UHGV virus genome: UHGV-0299211
Source: a virus
DNA: 49,614 nt
Strand: one strand, 5' to 3'
The first letter of the stretch is position 1, and each line of letters opens with the position of its first letter. The notes below the pieces were generated by a model. The model had not been told where the DNA came from and searched no databases. It was given only the letters and a program-made list of their open reading frames with translations. Shown one piece after another: positions 27,226 to 35,170 of this stretch. The position numbers and the translations under genes are program-made.

Positions 27226-27398
27226 TGTTACACAGTCCATGTAAGAATTGTGGAGAAAGAATATTACATTGCCATGGAACATGCAGTAAGTATATGGAAT
27301 ACTACAAAGCAAATGAAAAGGCGAAAGCAGAAAGGGTAAAAGCTAAGAAAGAAAGGGATTTACTTTTTAGGCAAAACAAACAAAGAAAACATAAATAA
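27222..27398 (+). CDS. Small Zn-ribbon protein (58 aa)
   Basis: CKNCGERILHCHGTC followed by a basic tail. Its ATG overlaps the upstream stop. Confidence 0.3.
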   Translation: MMLHSPCKNCGERILHCHGTCSKYMEYYKANEKAKAERVKAKKERDLLFRQNKQRKHK

Positions 27399-27422
27399 AA
27401 GCAAAATAAATTAAATTTTACA

Positions 27423-27451
27423 TTGACAAATAGATAGTAACATGCTATAAT
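27423..27451 (+). promoter_or_regulatory. Sigma-A promoter TTGACA-17-TATAAT
   Basis: It is followed by about 300 nt of noncoding leader. Confidence 0.7.
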
Positions 27452-27749
27452 AAAATGGAACTAAGGAAATATTCTAGGATAGGGATATATAAGTAACAGC
27501 CATAAATGTTAGCCAAAATATAAAAGGATAAAAACAGTGGACGTATAAAACAAAACAATAAAAAGCCATGTTTGTACTTATAAAATAATTTCGTTCGTAT
27601 ACATAAACCTCGTACACTTGTATAGTTTTATATGTTTACTGTTTTTATATAAAAAGAAATATTGGTGAGGGAGAAGCAAAACAAAGCGAACTTCCTTGCC
27701 TTATTTGATATTATGGAACAAAAAGTAAAAGGAGTGTGAACAGAAACAA

Positions 27750-28274
27750 ATGGCAACAAATAAGAAGTCTCCAAAAGTATTGCGTAATGGAGTAGAAAAC
27801 TTAATTCCAATGAATGAGAGAACACCAGAAGAAAGAAAAAGAATTGGACAGTTAGGTGTTGAAGCAAGAAAGAAGAAACGTGATGAAAAAATGGCATTAC
27901 AGCAATCCATGAAAGCATTACTCACAATGGATATAACAACACAAAAACAAAAACAAATATTAATGCATATGGGTTTCAAAAGTGGTGAACTAACAAACCA
28001 AAACTTATTAATGGTAGCACTGTTTAAAAAAGGTTTAACAGGTGATGTAGGAGCAATCAAAGAAATCGTAAACATGATGGACAAGTTAGATATGTTCAAA
28101 CAAACAGGTAAGGTACAGAATGAAGTAACAATCAACCTCATAACACAGGGTGATGTATATGAACCAAACAAACAGGACGATGAAGAAATATGGAATGCAG
28201 AAAATGGAACAGATTGGCTTGAAGAAGAAAGCGAAGAAGAAGAATGGGGAAATGATGTATATGGCGGTAAATAA
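27750..28274 (+). CDS. terS: Putative terminase small subunit
   Basis: N-terminus NLIPMNERTPEERKRIGQLGVEARKKKRDEK resembles the NLxPFxKRT...GGxASGEARRKKK signature seen in some Firmicutes phage TerS proteins. Acidic C-terminus. I could not verify this by search. It lies 3.4 kb upstream of terL. Confidence 0.4.
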   Translation: MATNKKSPKVLRNGVENLIPMNERTPEERKRIGQLGVEARKKKRDEKMALQQSMKALLTMDITTQKQKQILMHMGFKSGELTNQNLLMVALFKKGLTGDVGAIKEIVNMMDKLDMFKQTGKVQNEVTINLITQGDVYEPNKQDDEEIWNAENGTDWLEEESEEEEWGNDVYGGK

Positions 28275-28361
28275 GCCTATATAAGCGTTTTAAATCACAT
28301 ACCCTATAAAGTTAAGCACATATAAATAAAAAGGATAGAAAAGGCAGATAGGAGGTTTAGA

Positions 28362-28631
28362 ATGAGTATTGCTAATAAAACATATTTAAAAGCAAAAGAA
28401 GAACTAGAAGAACTAGAAGAACTAAATATGCAAATGGATGAAGAAAAACAAAGTAAGTATTTAGTAATCTATACAAAGCTAGATGATTTCGGTAAGGAAA
28501 CAGAACAAACAAATAAAACATTATGCTATGCAGAAAACATACATGAAGCAAAACATAAAAGTATAATGTTATTATCATTAAAAAATTGTAAGGTTAAAAG
28601 CGTAAAATACATGGGTAAGCTATTGTATTAA
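28362..28631 (+). CDS. Hypothetical protein
   Basis: RBS GATAGGAGG. Confidence 0.4.
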   Translation: MSIANKTYLKAKEELEELEELNMQMDEEKQSKYLVIYTKLDDFGKETEQTNKTLCYAENIHEAKHKSIMLLSLKNCKVKSVKYMGKLLY

Positions 28632-28652
28632 ACAGAAAGGAAACAAAATAAA

Positions 28653-28955
28653 ATGTGTAAGTATAAAAAAGTAATGAAAGAGCAAGCGGAGTATTTTGGT
28701 TTAGATAACAGAATGTTACAGTGTACAGAAGAAATGGCAGAACTAACACAGGCATTATGTAAATACAGAAGAGTAATAGATGGAGATAAAACATGTATAG
28801 TAAATGCAACAGAAGCAAAACAGATGATAGCAGAAGAAATAGCAGATGTTGAAATATGTTTAGAACAATTAAAGTACTTACTATGCAACAAAGGACAAGT
28901 AGAAAGAAGAAAAAAGCAGAAAATAAAAAGAACACAGGAAAGGCTAAACAAATAA
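28653..28955 (+). CDS. MazG-like nucleotide pyrophosphohydrolase (small all-alpha)
   Basis: EEMAELTQAL...IAEEIADVEICLEQL matches the ExxE...EExxD MazG motif pair. Confidence 0.5.
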   Translation: MCKYKKVMKEQAEYFGLDNRMLQCTEEMAELTQALCKYRRVIDGDKTCIVNATEAKQMIAEEIADVEICLEQLKYLLCNKGQVERRKKQKIKRTQERLNK

Positions 28956-29110
28956 TAATACTTATATAATAAAAAAAACACAGAACACCATGTGCATAAT
29001 AAAAAGCTATATAAGAAAACATAGAACAAACACAAAACAGAACAAAGGCAAGCATAACAAAGAAGTATAGAACATATATATAATAAAACATAAGAAAGGA
29101 TAGAAGAACA
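28928..29110 (+). repeat. Six copies of an A(T/C)AGAACA / AGAACA direct repeat upstream of the ParB-like gene
   Basis: Copies at 28928, 28980, 29021, 29037, 29067 and 29103. Confidence 0.5.
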
Positions 29111-29658
29111 TGGAAGAACTAAACATTGTTTATAAACCAATAAAAGAACTAAAACCATATAAGAAGAACGCAAAGAAACACAGTAAAGAACAAGTAGAAC
29201 AAATAGCAAACAGTATTAAAGAGTTTGGTTTTACACAGCCAGTAATAATAGATAAACATAACAGTGTAGTAGCTGGACATGGTAGAATATTAGGAGCAAA
29301 GAAAGCAGGACTAAAACAAGTACCTACAGTTTGTTTGGAAGATTTAACAGAAGAACAAATAAAAGCATACAGGCTAGTAGATAACAAACTGAATGAAAGT
29401 GAATGGTACAATGATTTGCTTAACACAGAATTACAAGAACTATGGGATATTGGCGAAGTAGATATGGGGCAGTTCGATTTTGATATTGATGCATTGTTTT
29501 CAGAAGATGAACCAACAGAAAAAGAAGTGAAGTTCAAAACAAAAGAAAAACACGATGTGGTGTTACATTTTAAGAACACAACAGAAATGAACAAAGCATT
29601 CAAAACATTAAAAGGTAAATATCCAGATGCAGTAGTAGAAACAAAGGAAAGTATTTAA
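29110..29658 (+). CDS. ParB-like nuclease domain protein
   Basis: KPYKKNAKKHSKEQVEQIANSIKEFGFTQPVIIDKHNSVVAGHGRILGAKKAG matches the ParB N-terminal (ParBc) domain. Confidence 0.6.
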   Translation: MEELNIVYKPIKELKPYKKNAKKHSKEQVEQIANSIKEFGFTQPVIIDKHNSVVAGHGRILGAKKAGLKQVPTVCLEDLTEEQIKAYRLVDNKLNESEWYNDLLNTELQELWDIGEVDMGQFDFDIDALFSEDEPTEKEVKFKTKEKHDVVLHFKNTTEMNKAFKTLKGKYPDAVVETKESI

Positions 29659-29721
29659 GCACTCATTTTAGGGTTCTTATTTTATTATATAAATAAATAT
29701 AAAATATTTTATAAAAACATA

Positions 29722-29749
29722 TTGACTTTCTGCTATATTGTGTTATAAT
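29722..29749 (+). promoter_or_regulatory. Sigma-A promoter TTGACT-16-TATAAT
   Basis: Read directly from the sequence. Confidence 0.6.
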
Positions 29750-29805
29750 ATAATTAAAGTTAAGGAAAACAAAAACAGAGTAAACAAATTAGGAGGAAGA
29801 ACAAA

Positions 29806-30036
29806 ATGATGAAATTTAAAAAGGATAAAAGAATTGATGGTTTATGGGAAGCAGAAAGAATAGTTGATAAGTTATGGATATCAAGTAACGAATATGTTAT
29901 TGAAAAAGAACCAGTAACAGGAAAGTATTATTTGTATGTAAATGGACAAAAGTATTCAGAAGCCAAAACATTAAAAACAGTAAAGGAACATGCAAATGAA
30001 CATTTTAGAAAAAGTCCTAAAAAAATATTTGCATAA
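29806..30036 (+). CDS. Small hypothetical protein
   Basis: RBS AGGAGGAAG. Confidence 0.45.
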   Translation: MMKFKKDKRIDGLWEAERIVDKLWISSNEYVIEKEPVTGKYYLYVNGQKYSEAKTLKTVKEHANEHFRKSPKKIFA

Positions 30037-30040
30037 AATA

Positions 30041-30069
30041 TTGACATAATAAAGCATATATGTTATTAT
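30041..30069 (+). promoter_or_regulatory. Sigma-A promoter TTGACA-17-TATTAT
   Basis: Read directly from the sequence. Confidence 0.6.
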
Positions 30070-30113
30070 ATAAACAAGTTAAGAGAGATAAAACAAAACA
30101 GGAGGACAAGCAA

Positions 30114-30311
30114 ATGACAAAAAATAATGAAGTATTTGAATTAACACAGGAAGAGTTAGATGTAATCGCAACATATATGAATGATGATATTAGAGAAGAT
30201 GTTGCTTTTGATTTAGATTCATGTACACCGGAAGAGTTTTTAAAAGAGTATGTAAACAGGGATGAAGATTTTGAAGAGCTGTTAAAATCAGAGTTTAGTA
30301 TAGAAATGTAA
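30114..30311 (+). CDS. Small acidic hypothetical protein
   Basis: RBS CAGGAGGACAAG before ATG 30114. The 30060 start in the ORF track lies inside the promoter. Confidence 0.45.
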   Translation: MTKNNEVFELTQEELDVIATYMNDDIREDVAFDLDSCTPEEFLKEYVNRDEDFEELLKSEFSIEM

Positions 30312-30319
30312 AATAATTA

Positions 30320-30348
30320 TTGACAATTGTGGTCGGTTATGTTAATAT
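30320..30348 (+). promoter_or_regulatory. Sigma-A promoter TTGACA-17-TAATAT
   Basis: Read directly from the sequence. Confidence 0.65.
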
Positions 30349-30399
30349 ATAATCAGAAACAAGGAAAACAGTAAAAGATAACAAATAAGGAGAACAGAA

Positions 30400-30615
30400 A
30401 TGGAAAAAAGAAGATTTGAAGTAGGAAAAACATATACAGAAAATGATGTGTTAGTATTTGAGGTAGTAAAAAGAGCAGCAAAGTTTTTAACATATGTTGA
30501 AATTCAGAAGTATGGAAAATACAATGAAACAAGAGAAGAACCAAAAAGAACAAAAATTCATGATTGGGATACAAGAGAAGTGTTCTTCGCAAGTGGTTGT
30601 TTATTAGAAGCATAG
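30400..30615 (+). CDS. Small hypothetical protein
   Basis: RBS AAGGAGAAC. Confidence 0.45.
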   Translation: MEKRRFEVGKTYTENDVLVFEVVKRAAKFLTYVEIQKYGKYNETREEPKRTKIHDWDTREVFFASGCLLEA

Positions 30616-30735
30616 GATTATATGACAGGTGGTTAAAGTCATTAAAACACAGGCATGATGCTTTGAGGGCATTTTTCTTAATCTATTGTAGTTAGTAGGC
30701 TGTAGAGTACTCCCATTCTTTTACAGTCTACGCAT

Positions 30736-30807
30736 TGCCTAGTAGCCAAGTGGTAAGGCACAGGACTTTGACTCCTGCATTCGCTGGTTCGAATCCAACC
30801 TAGGTAG
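30736..30807 (+). tRNA. tRNA-Gln (anticodon TTG)
   Basis: Hand-folded cloverleaf. Acceptor stem TGCCTAG/CTAGGTA with a U1-A72 pair and G73, typical of tRNA-Gln. Anticodon stem CAGGA/TCCTG, loop CTTTGAC. GGTTCGAATCC T-arm with one C.A mismatch. Confidence 0.7.
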
Positions 30808-30895
30808 TTGCACACTGTGAAAAGTTTGCATACCAAATTTCTTTTCTTGCTAAAGTGTTGTGAGTAATGTTCAACAGCATGAAAGCAACACATAA

Positions 30896-30968
30896 GGAGC
30901 ATTAGTTCAATGGCTAGAGCAACCGCCTCATAAGCGGTAAGTTGTAGGTTCGAGTCCCACATGCTCCA
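30896..30968 (+). tRNA. tRNA-Met (anticodon CAT), elongator type
   Basis: Acceptor stem GGAGCAT/ATGCTCC, A73. Anticodon stem ACCGC/GCGGT, loop CTCATAA. T-arm GTAGG-TTCGAGT-CCCAC with one A.C mismatch. Confidence 0.75.
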
Positions 30969-31029
30969 TTAGGTAGTAAAGCCTAAAAGAAAACAAATAA
31001 ATATCTATTTCAGAAAGGAAGTACAAAAC

Positions 31030-31551
31030 ATGTGTGAATATGAAAAGAAAATACCAGTGTATGATATTAAGATAATTGTAGATGATACGATTCTTGTAGA
31101 CAGTAAACTCAAGCCATATTATGAAATTATGTATAGGAAAGTTGGAAGAAAGTATCATAACATTGGGTTTGGTTCATACCATTTAGAGAATGTAATTAAA
31201 TGGAGAAAAGAAGTGTTCGAAGTTGTTGAAAGTAAAAGTGAGCAGCAGAGAGAAGAAATGAAAGAAACAAAAGAAATTAATGAAGAAAGCAAGTTAGATG
31301 TATTAAAGAGAAAGATTGACACTCTGCTTGAAAGTCAAGCAACAATTATGAATGCAGTCGGTTCAGTGATGTGCATGAGCGAAATTAAAGATGAAGATTT
31401 GAAAATGAAAAATGCAATATTTGAGAATCTTATTAATCACAGAGATGAATGCATGAAAGAAGTGTATGGAGAATCTTATGAAGAGCTGTTTAAAACAATG
31501 GATAAAGTAGTTAATAATCTTGGAGATATTTTAGATAAAATATTCAAGTAA
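31030..31551 (+). CDS. Hypothetical protein: an N-terminal domain paralogous to the 16364 product plus a C-terminal coiled coil
   Basis: YYEIMYRKVGRKYHNIGFGSYHLENVIKW aligns with YFEIKYKEVGSEFYNVGFGSYNIHFVFQW. Confidence 0.45.
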   Translation: MCEYEKKIPVYDIKIIVDDTILVDSKLKPYYEIMYRKVGRKYHNIGFGSYHLENVIKWRKEVFEVVESKSEQQREEMKETKEINEESKLDVLKRKIDTLLESQATIMNAVGSVMCMSEIKDEDLKMKNAIFENLINHRDECMKEVYGESYEELFKTMDKVVNNLGDILDKIFK

Positions 31552-31555
31552 AGCA

Positions 31556-31584
31556 TTGACGTATAAAATATAATATGGTATAAT
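31556..31584 (+). promoter_or_regulatory. Sigma-A-like promoter TTGACG-17-TATAAT upstream of terL
   Basis: Followed by a short hairpin CAGAT-N12-ATCTG in the leader. Confidence 0.55.
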
Positions 31585-31673
31585 TAATTCAAACAGAAAG
31601 GCAGATGCACAGTGATGTATCTGTCCTTTTCTGCTATTACAAACAAGTCAAAACAGAAAGGAGAAAAAGAAGC

Positions 31674-33032
31674 ATGGATGTTAATATTGATGTTTCGAAA
31701 AGATTCTCCACTTTTTTAACAGATTGGAATTATGAACAATACCTTTTATTCGGTGGATATGGTAGCGGTAAGAGTTACCATGTCGCACTTAAAATCATAT
31801 TAAAATTATTAGAAGAAAGAAGAACGTGCCTTGTTGTAAGACAAGTATATGGAACAATAAAAGAATCATGTTTTGCATTATTTAAAGAGATACTAGAAAA
31901 GATGAACATGTTAAGTGATGAATCATTACCAAATCAGCACTTGCCTAAGAATGGAAAGGCTGTAGCGGTTATGTCACCAATGGAAGTGAGATTTTCAAAT
32001 GGTAGTAGAATTATATTTAGAGGAATGGACAATGTGGAGAAGATAAAGTCCATACATGGTGTTTCTATCGTTTGGATGGAAGAGTGTAGTGAAATACGTT
32101 ATGATGCCTATACAGAGCTTTTAGGACGTATCAGAGAGCCTAAAATGTCATTACACTTTATTATGACAACAAACCCAGTAGGGAAAGAGAATTGGGTGTA
32201 TAACACATTCTTTGTTCATACAGATGATAAAGGAAAAGAACACGTAATACAGGAAGAACAGGAGATATACAAAAGAAGAACACTTGTAAACAAAAAGAAT
32301 GGAGTATATTATCATCATAGTATTGCAGATGATAACCCTTTCTTGCCAGCATCATATATAAAGCGTCTTGATGGATTAAAGATAAATGACCCGCATTTAT
32401 GGGCGGTAGCAAGGTGGGGAAGATTCGGAGCAAGTGGAACAAGAGTGTTACCACAATTTACGATTGCAACAAACGCAAAACAGTTTACAAATACAATAAC
32501 AAACATACCAAGTAAATATCATTTCTTTGGTTTGGATTTTGGTTTTGAAACAAGTTATAATGCACTAATTAGCTGTGCAGTAGATGATAAAAATAAAATA
32601 CTTTACATTTATGATGAAGTATACAGAAATCATATAACAGATAACAAATTCATTTTGTTGGGTGGAGTACAGAGAACAAAACAAAGAGCAGAAAGGTGTA
32701 AGAAACCTATATTTGCGGATTCAGCAGAGCCAAAAGCAATACAGTATTATAGGCAAGAGGGATTTAACATGTATGCTTGTAAGAAGTATGTAGGAAGTAG
32801 GTTACAGAACACAAAGAAGATGAAACGTTTTAAAAAGATTGTTTGTTCACCTAAGTGCAGAAACACAATAAAGGAATTGAAAGATTTAACATATGCGAAA
32901 GATGCAAAGGGAAATGTGATATATGATGAATTTAATATCGACCCACATACATTTAGTGCCTTATGGTATGCGTTAGACCAGTATACAGTAGCTGATATTA
33001 AGCAAATAAAGACAAATAGCAAGAGTGGTTAG
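31674..33032 (+). CDS. terL: Terminase large subunit
   Basis: RBS AAAGGAGAAAAAG before ATG 31674. Walker A LFGGYGSGKSY. An acidic nuclease-domain region in the C-terminal half. The ORF track starts it at 31605. Confidence 0.75.
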   Translation: MDVNIDVSKRFSTFLTDWNYEQYLLFGGYGSGKSYHVALKIILKLLEERRTCLVVRQVYGTIKESCFALFKEILEKMNMLSDESLPNQHLPKNGKAVAVMSPMEVRFSNGSRIIFRGMDNVEKIKSIHGVSIVWMEECSEIRYDAYTELLGRIREPKMSLHFIMTTNPVGKENWVYNTFFVHTDDKGKEHVIQEEQEIYKRRTLVNKKNGVYYHHSIADDNPFLPASYIKRLDGLKINDPHLWAVARWGRFGASGTRVLPQFTIATNAKQFTNTITNIPSKYHFFGLDFGFETSYNALISCAVDDKNKILYIYDEVYRNHITDNKFILLGGVQRTKQRAERCKKPIFADSAEPKAIQYYRQEGFNMYACKKYVGSRLQNTKKMKRFKKIVCSPKCRNTIKELKDLTYAKDAKGNVIYDEFNIDPHTFSALWYALDQYTVADIKQIKTNSKSG

Positions 33033-33090
33033 TATTTATAGGTTAAGTAAATAAAATGGCATATAGGCGGTAAATAGAAGCTTATAGGGG

Positions 33091-33351
33091 GTGTTAAGAA
33101 TGTTGAGAAGTTGGAAGAAATTAAAAACAATTAAGAATAGTATAAAACAGTTAAAAGGAGTGCAAGAACAAAACATTGGTGATGATTATAGTTGCGGAAT
33201 TTATAACGGCATAGAGCTGTGTATGGCGATCATAGAAGAAAGAGAGCCAGTATTTGCAACATATGATTCAGCACCATTGAATATAGAACATGATGAAACA
33301 GTAGAAAGAACAGTAGCAAGTGGAATAATTAGGCGAGGTGGAAAGCAATGA
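33091..33351 (+). CDS. Hypothetical protein
   Basis: RBS TAGGGGGTG. Confidence 0.4.
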   Translation: MLRMLRSWKKLKTIKNSIKQLKGVQEQNIGDDYSCGIYNGIELCMAIIEEREPVFATYDSAPLNIEHDETVERTVASGIIRRGGKQ

Positions 33352-33656
33352 GAGAATTACACTTTGATGTTACTGGACAGTTATTAAGAAGAAACAAACA
33401 ATGTGATTTTGAAAACATTGTAAGGGGTTCTGATAATTATTTGTGTTTGGTATTTCATTTTAACCAAGAATGGCAAGGAACAAAAAGAGTTATAAGTTTC
33501 TATGATGTAGATGGAAAACAAACAAATGAAATTATAAAAGATAGAGTAACAGTGCCAATAAATGTGACACATGGGAGTATGTTCTATTTTGAACTAACAG
33601 GAAAAAGTAATAAAACAAGAATAACAACAAACAGGGCATATATAGAACAAACATAA
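33348..33656 (+). CDS. Hypothetical protein
   Basis: Translationally coupled ATGA overlap. Confidence 0.4.
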   Translation: MRELHFDVTGQLLRRNKQCDFENIVRGSDNYLCLVFHFNQEWQGTKRVISFYDVDGKQTNEIIKDRVTVPINVTHGSMFYFELTGKSNKTRITTNRAYIEQT

Positions 33657-33662
33657 GAGGAG

Positions 33663-34448
33663 GTGTATAAAGTGCATAGTGTAGATGAACTGTTAAACGT
33701 AGCAGAAGTTATAGCAACAGGATTAACAGAAACAAACGATAAGATAGAAATAGATGCAGACACGAGAACAATGATTATACCGGAAACAGAAAGAATATTC
33801 GGTGTTATGAGTGATGAAAAAGGTGAAAGAAAATATTTCAGATGTAAAAGGTTTGTTGGAAATGGAATAGACTTAAGCAAACTAGATTTAAGAGTTATTT
33901 ATCAAAATGCAAATGGTGTAGTATTAGATGGGTTAGAAGTAAGTGGAACACAGGAGCAAGAAAAAGAAGCGCATGATTATTACAAACAACTTGAAGCAGA
34001 ACTATTAAGAGTAGCAAATGAACAAAAAGCAGAAATAAAAAATGTAGTAAAGAATAAAGTTGATAAACCATCTGTTAATGATAATAATAAAATACCAAGA
34101 GCAAAAGATGGAGAAGTTGAGTGGGTAGAAGTAGGTCAGCCTACGGATGAACAAACAAGTAATGCGGTAGAAAGTTGGTTGAATGAACACCCAGAAGCAA
34201 CCACAACCGTACAAGATGGAGCAATTACTGAAAGTAAAATTAATACCGATTTTTTACCTTATGTCAAAAATGATTATTTTACACCGCAAATGTTTGGTGC
34301 AAAAGGTGATGGAGTGACAGATGATACTGAAAGTCTTAAAGAAGCATTAAAACACAAATGCGTTTTTATTCCATCTGGGACATATATAATTAGTTCAATG
34401 TTGGAAGTTAAAGGTCATGTAACTATTACATATCCTATCAAGAGTTAA
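33663..34448 (+). CDS. Truncated tailspike / depolymerase-like protein. The pectate-lyase-fold N-terminal motif is present and the ORF stops about 45 aa later.
   Basis: FTPQMFGAKGDGVTDDTESLKEAL is the canonical start of pectate_lyase_3 / GH28-type beta-helix domains. The ORF ends after ...GHVTITYPIKS. The likely start is GTG 33663 or 33672 after GGAGG. Confidence 0.45.
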   Translation: MYKVHSVDELLNVAEVIATGLTETNDKIEIDADTRTMIIPETERIFGVMSDEKGERKYFRCKRFVGNGIDLSKLDLRVIYQNANGVVLDGLEVSGTQEQEKEAHDYYKQLEAELLRVANEQKAEIKNVVKNKVDKPSVNDNNKIPRAKDGEVEWVEVGQPTDEQTSNAVESWLNEHPEATTTVQDGAITESKINTDFLPYVKNDYFTPQMFGAKGDGVTDDTESLKEALKHKCVFIPSGTYIISSMLEVKGHVTITYPIKS

Positions 34449-34565
34449 TAACAGGTACTAATCAACTAAATAGTATTTAATTAGCTAAGAAAGAGAGTGA
34501 TACCTTGATAGAACCAAAAATGGACATTCAATTATAACTAGTAATAAGTATTGCCGAGGTGAAAT

Positions 34566-34892
34566 ATGACAACAGCAGAAATGATAGGTATTGTAGTATT
34601 AGGGTTAAGTTCACTTATTGGAATATTTACAGCAGTATATAGACCGTTAAGTGAGAACACAAAAGCAATGACAGAACTAACACTAAGAGTAGAACAGTTA
34701 GCAAAAGAAATGAAAGAACAAAATGAAAAACTGGAAAAACAAAACAAAGAAATAGAAGAATACAAAGAACACGTAAGAAAAGGGCAGAAACAACAGTGGG
34801 ATGCAATAGAAAGAAATGAAAAAGAAATAGGAGAAACAAAACATGCATTAGAGTTATGTCAATTAGAAAATGGAGGTAAAAAACATGTTTAA
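34566..34892 (+). CDS. Membrane protein with an N-terminal TM helix and a C-terminal coiled coil (holin-associated?)
   Basis: IGIVVLGLSSLIGIFTAVY followed by KEMKEQNEKLEKQNKEIEEYKE. It lies immediately upstream of the holin. Confidence 0.4.
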   Translation: MTTAEMIGIVVLGLSSLIGIFTAVYRPLSENTKAMTELTLRVEQLAKEMKEQNEKLEKQNKEIEEYKEHVRKGQKQQWDAIERNEKEIGETKHALELCQLENGGKKHV

Positions 34893-35115
34893 AAATTGTG
34901 TATTCAAACCAAGTGTTGATACTGTTGAATGGTTTAAGGCGGCAAGCATAAGAGCAGTTAAAACAATGGCACAGGCGGCTATTGGTGTAATTGGTTCTAG
35001 TGTGGTTATTAGTTCAGTAGATTGGAAGATGGTAGTGTCTGCAAGTGTAGTAGCAGGTGTTGTAAGCCTTTTAACGAGCATTGCCGGCATTAAAGAAGTA
35101 GAAGCTAAGGAATAG
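34885..35115 (+). CDS. Holin (two TM helices, phi-LC3 / LL-H-like)
   Basis: RBS GGAGGT 9 nt before ATG 34885. WFKAASIRAVKTMAQAAIGVIG and VVSASVVAGVVSLLTSIAG helices. Charged C-terminus. Confidence 0.6.
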   Translation: MFKNCVFKPSVDTVEWFKAASIRAVKTMAQAAIGVIGSSVVISSVDWKMVVSASVVAGVVSLLTSIAGIKEVEAKE

Positions 35116-35170
35116 TAGTGTAGCATATTAAAATTGATTCTAGGGGCATTCTAGGAGGTTATAGAGGTAT

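Noticed and set aside
28950-29110. Possible CRISPR-like array
   Set aside because: The repeats are only 6-8 nt with irregular spacing of 16-41 nt. That is consistent with protein-binding iterons, not CRISPR.
28372-29209. Minus-strand ORFs 28372..28578, 28594..29091 and 28628..29209
   Set aside because: Leu/Phe/Tyr-rich translations of an A-rich + strand region. They overlap the supported MazG-like and ParB-like genes and the AGAACA repeats.
30678-31158. Minus-strand ORFs 30678..30962 and 30928..31158 from the ORF track
   Set aside because: They are antisense translations of the tRNA-Gln and tRNA-Met genes. They have no RBS and are incompatible with the tRNA folds.
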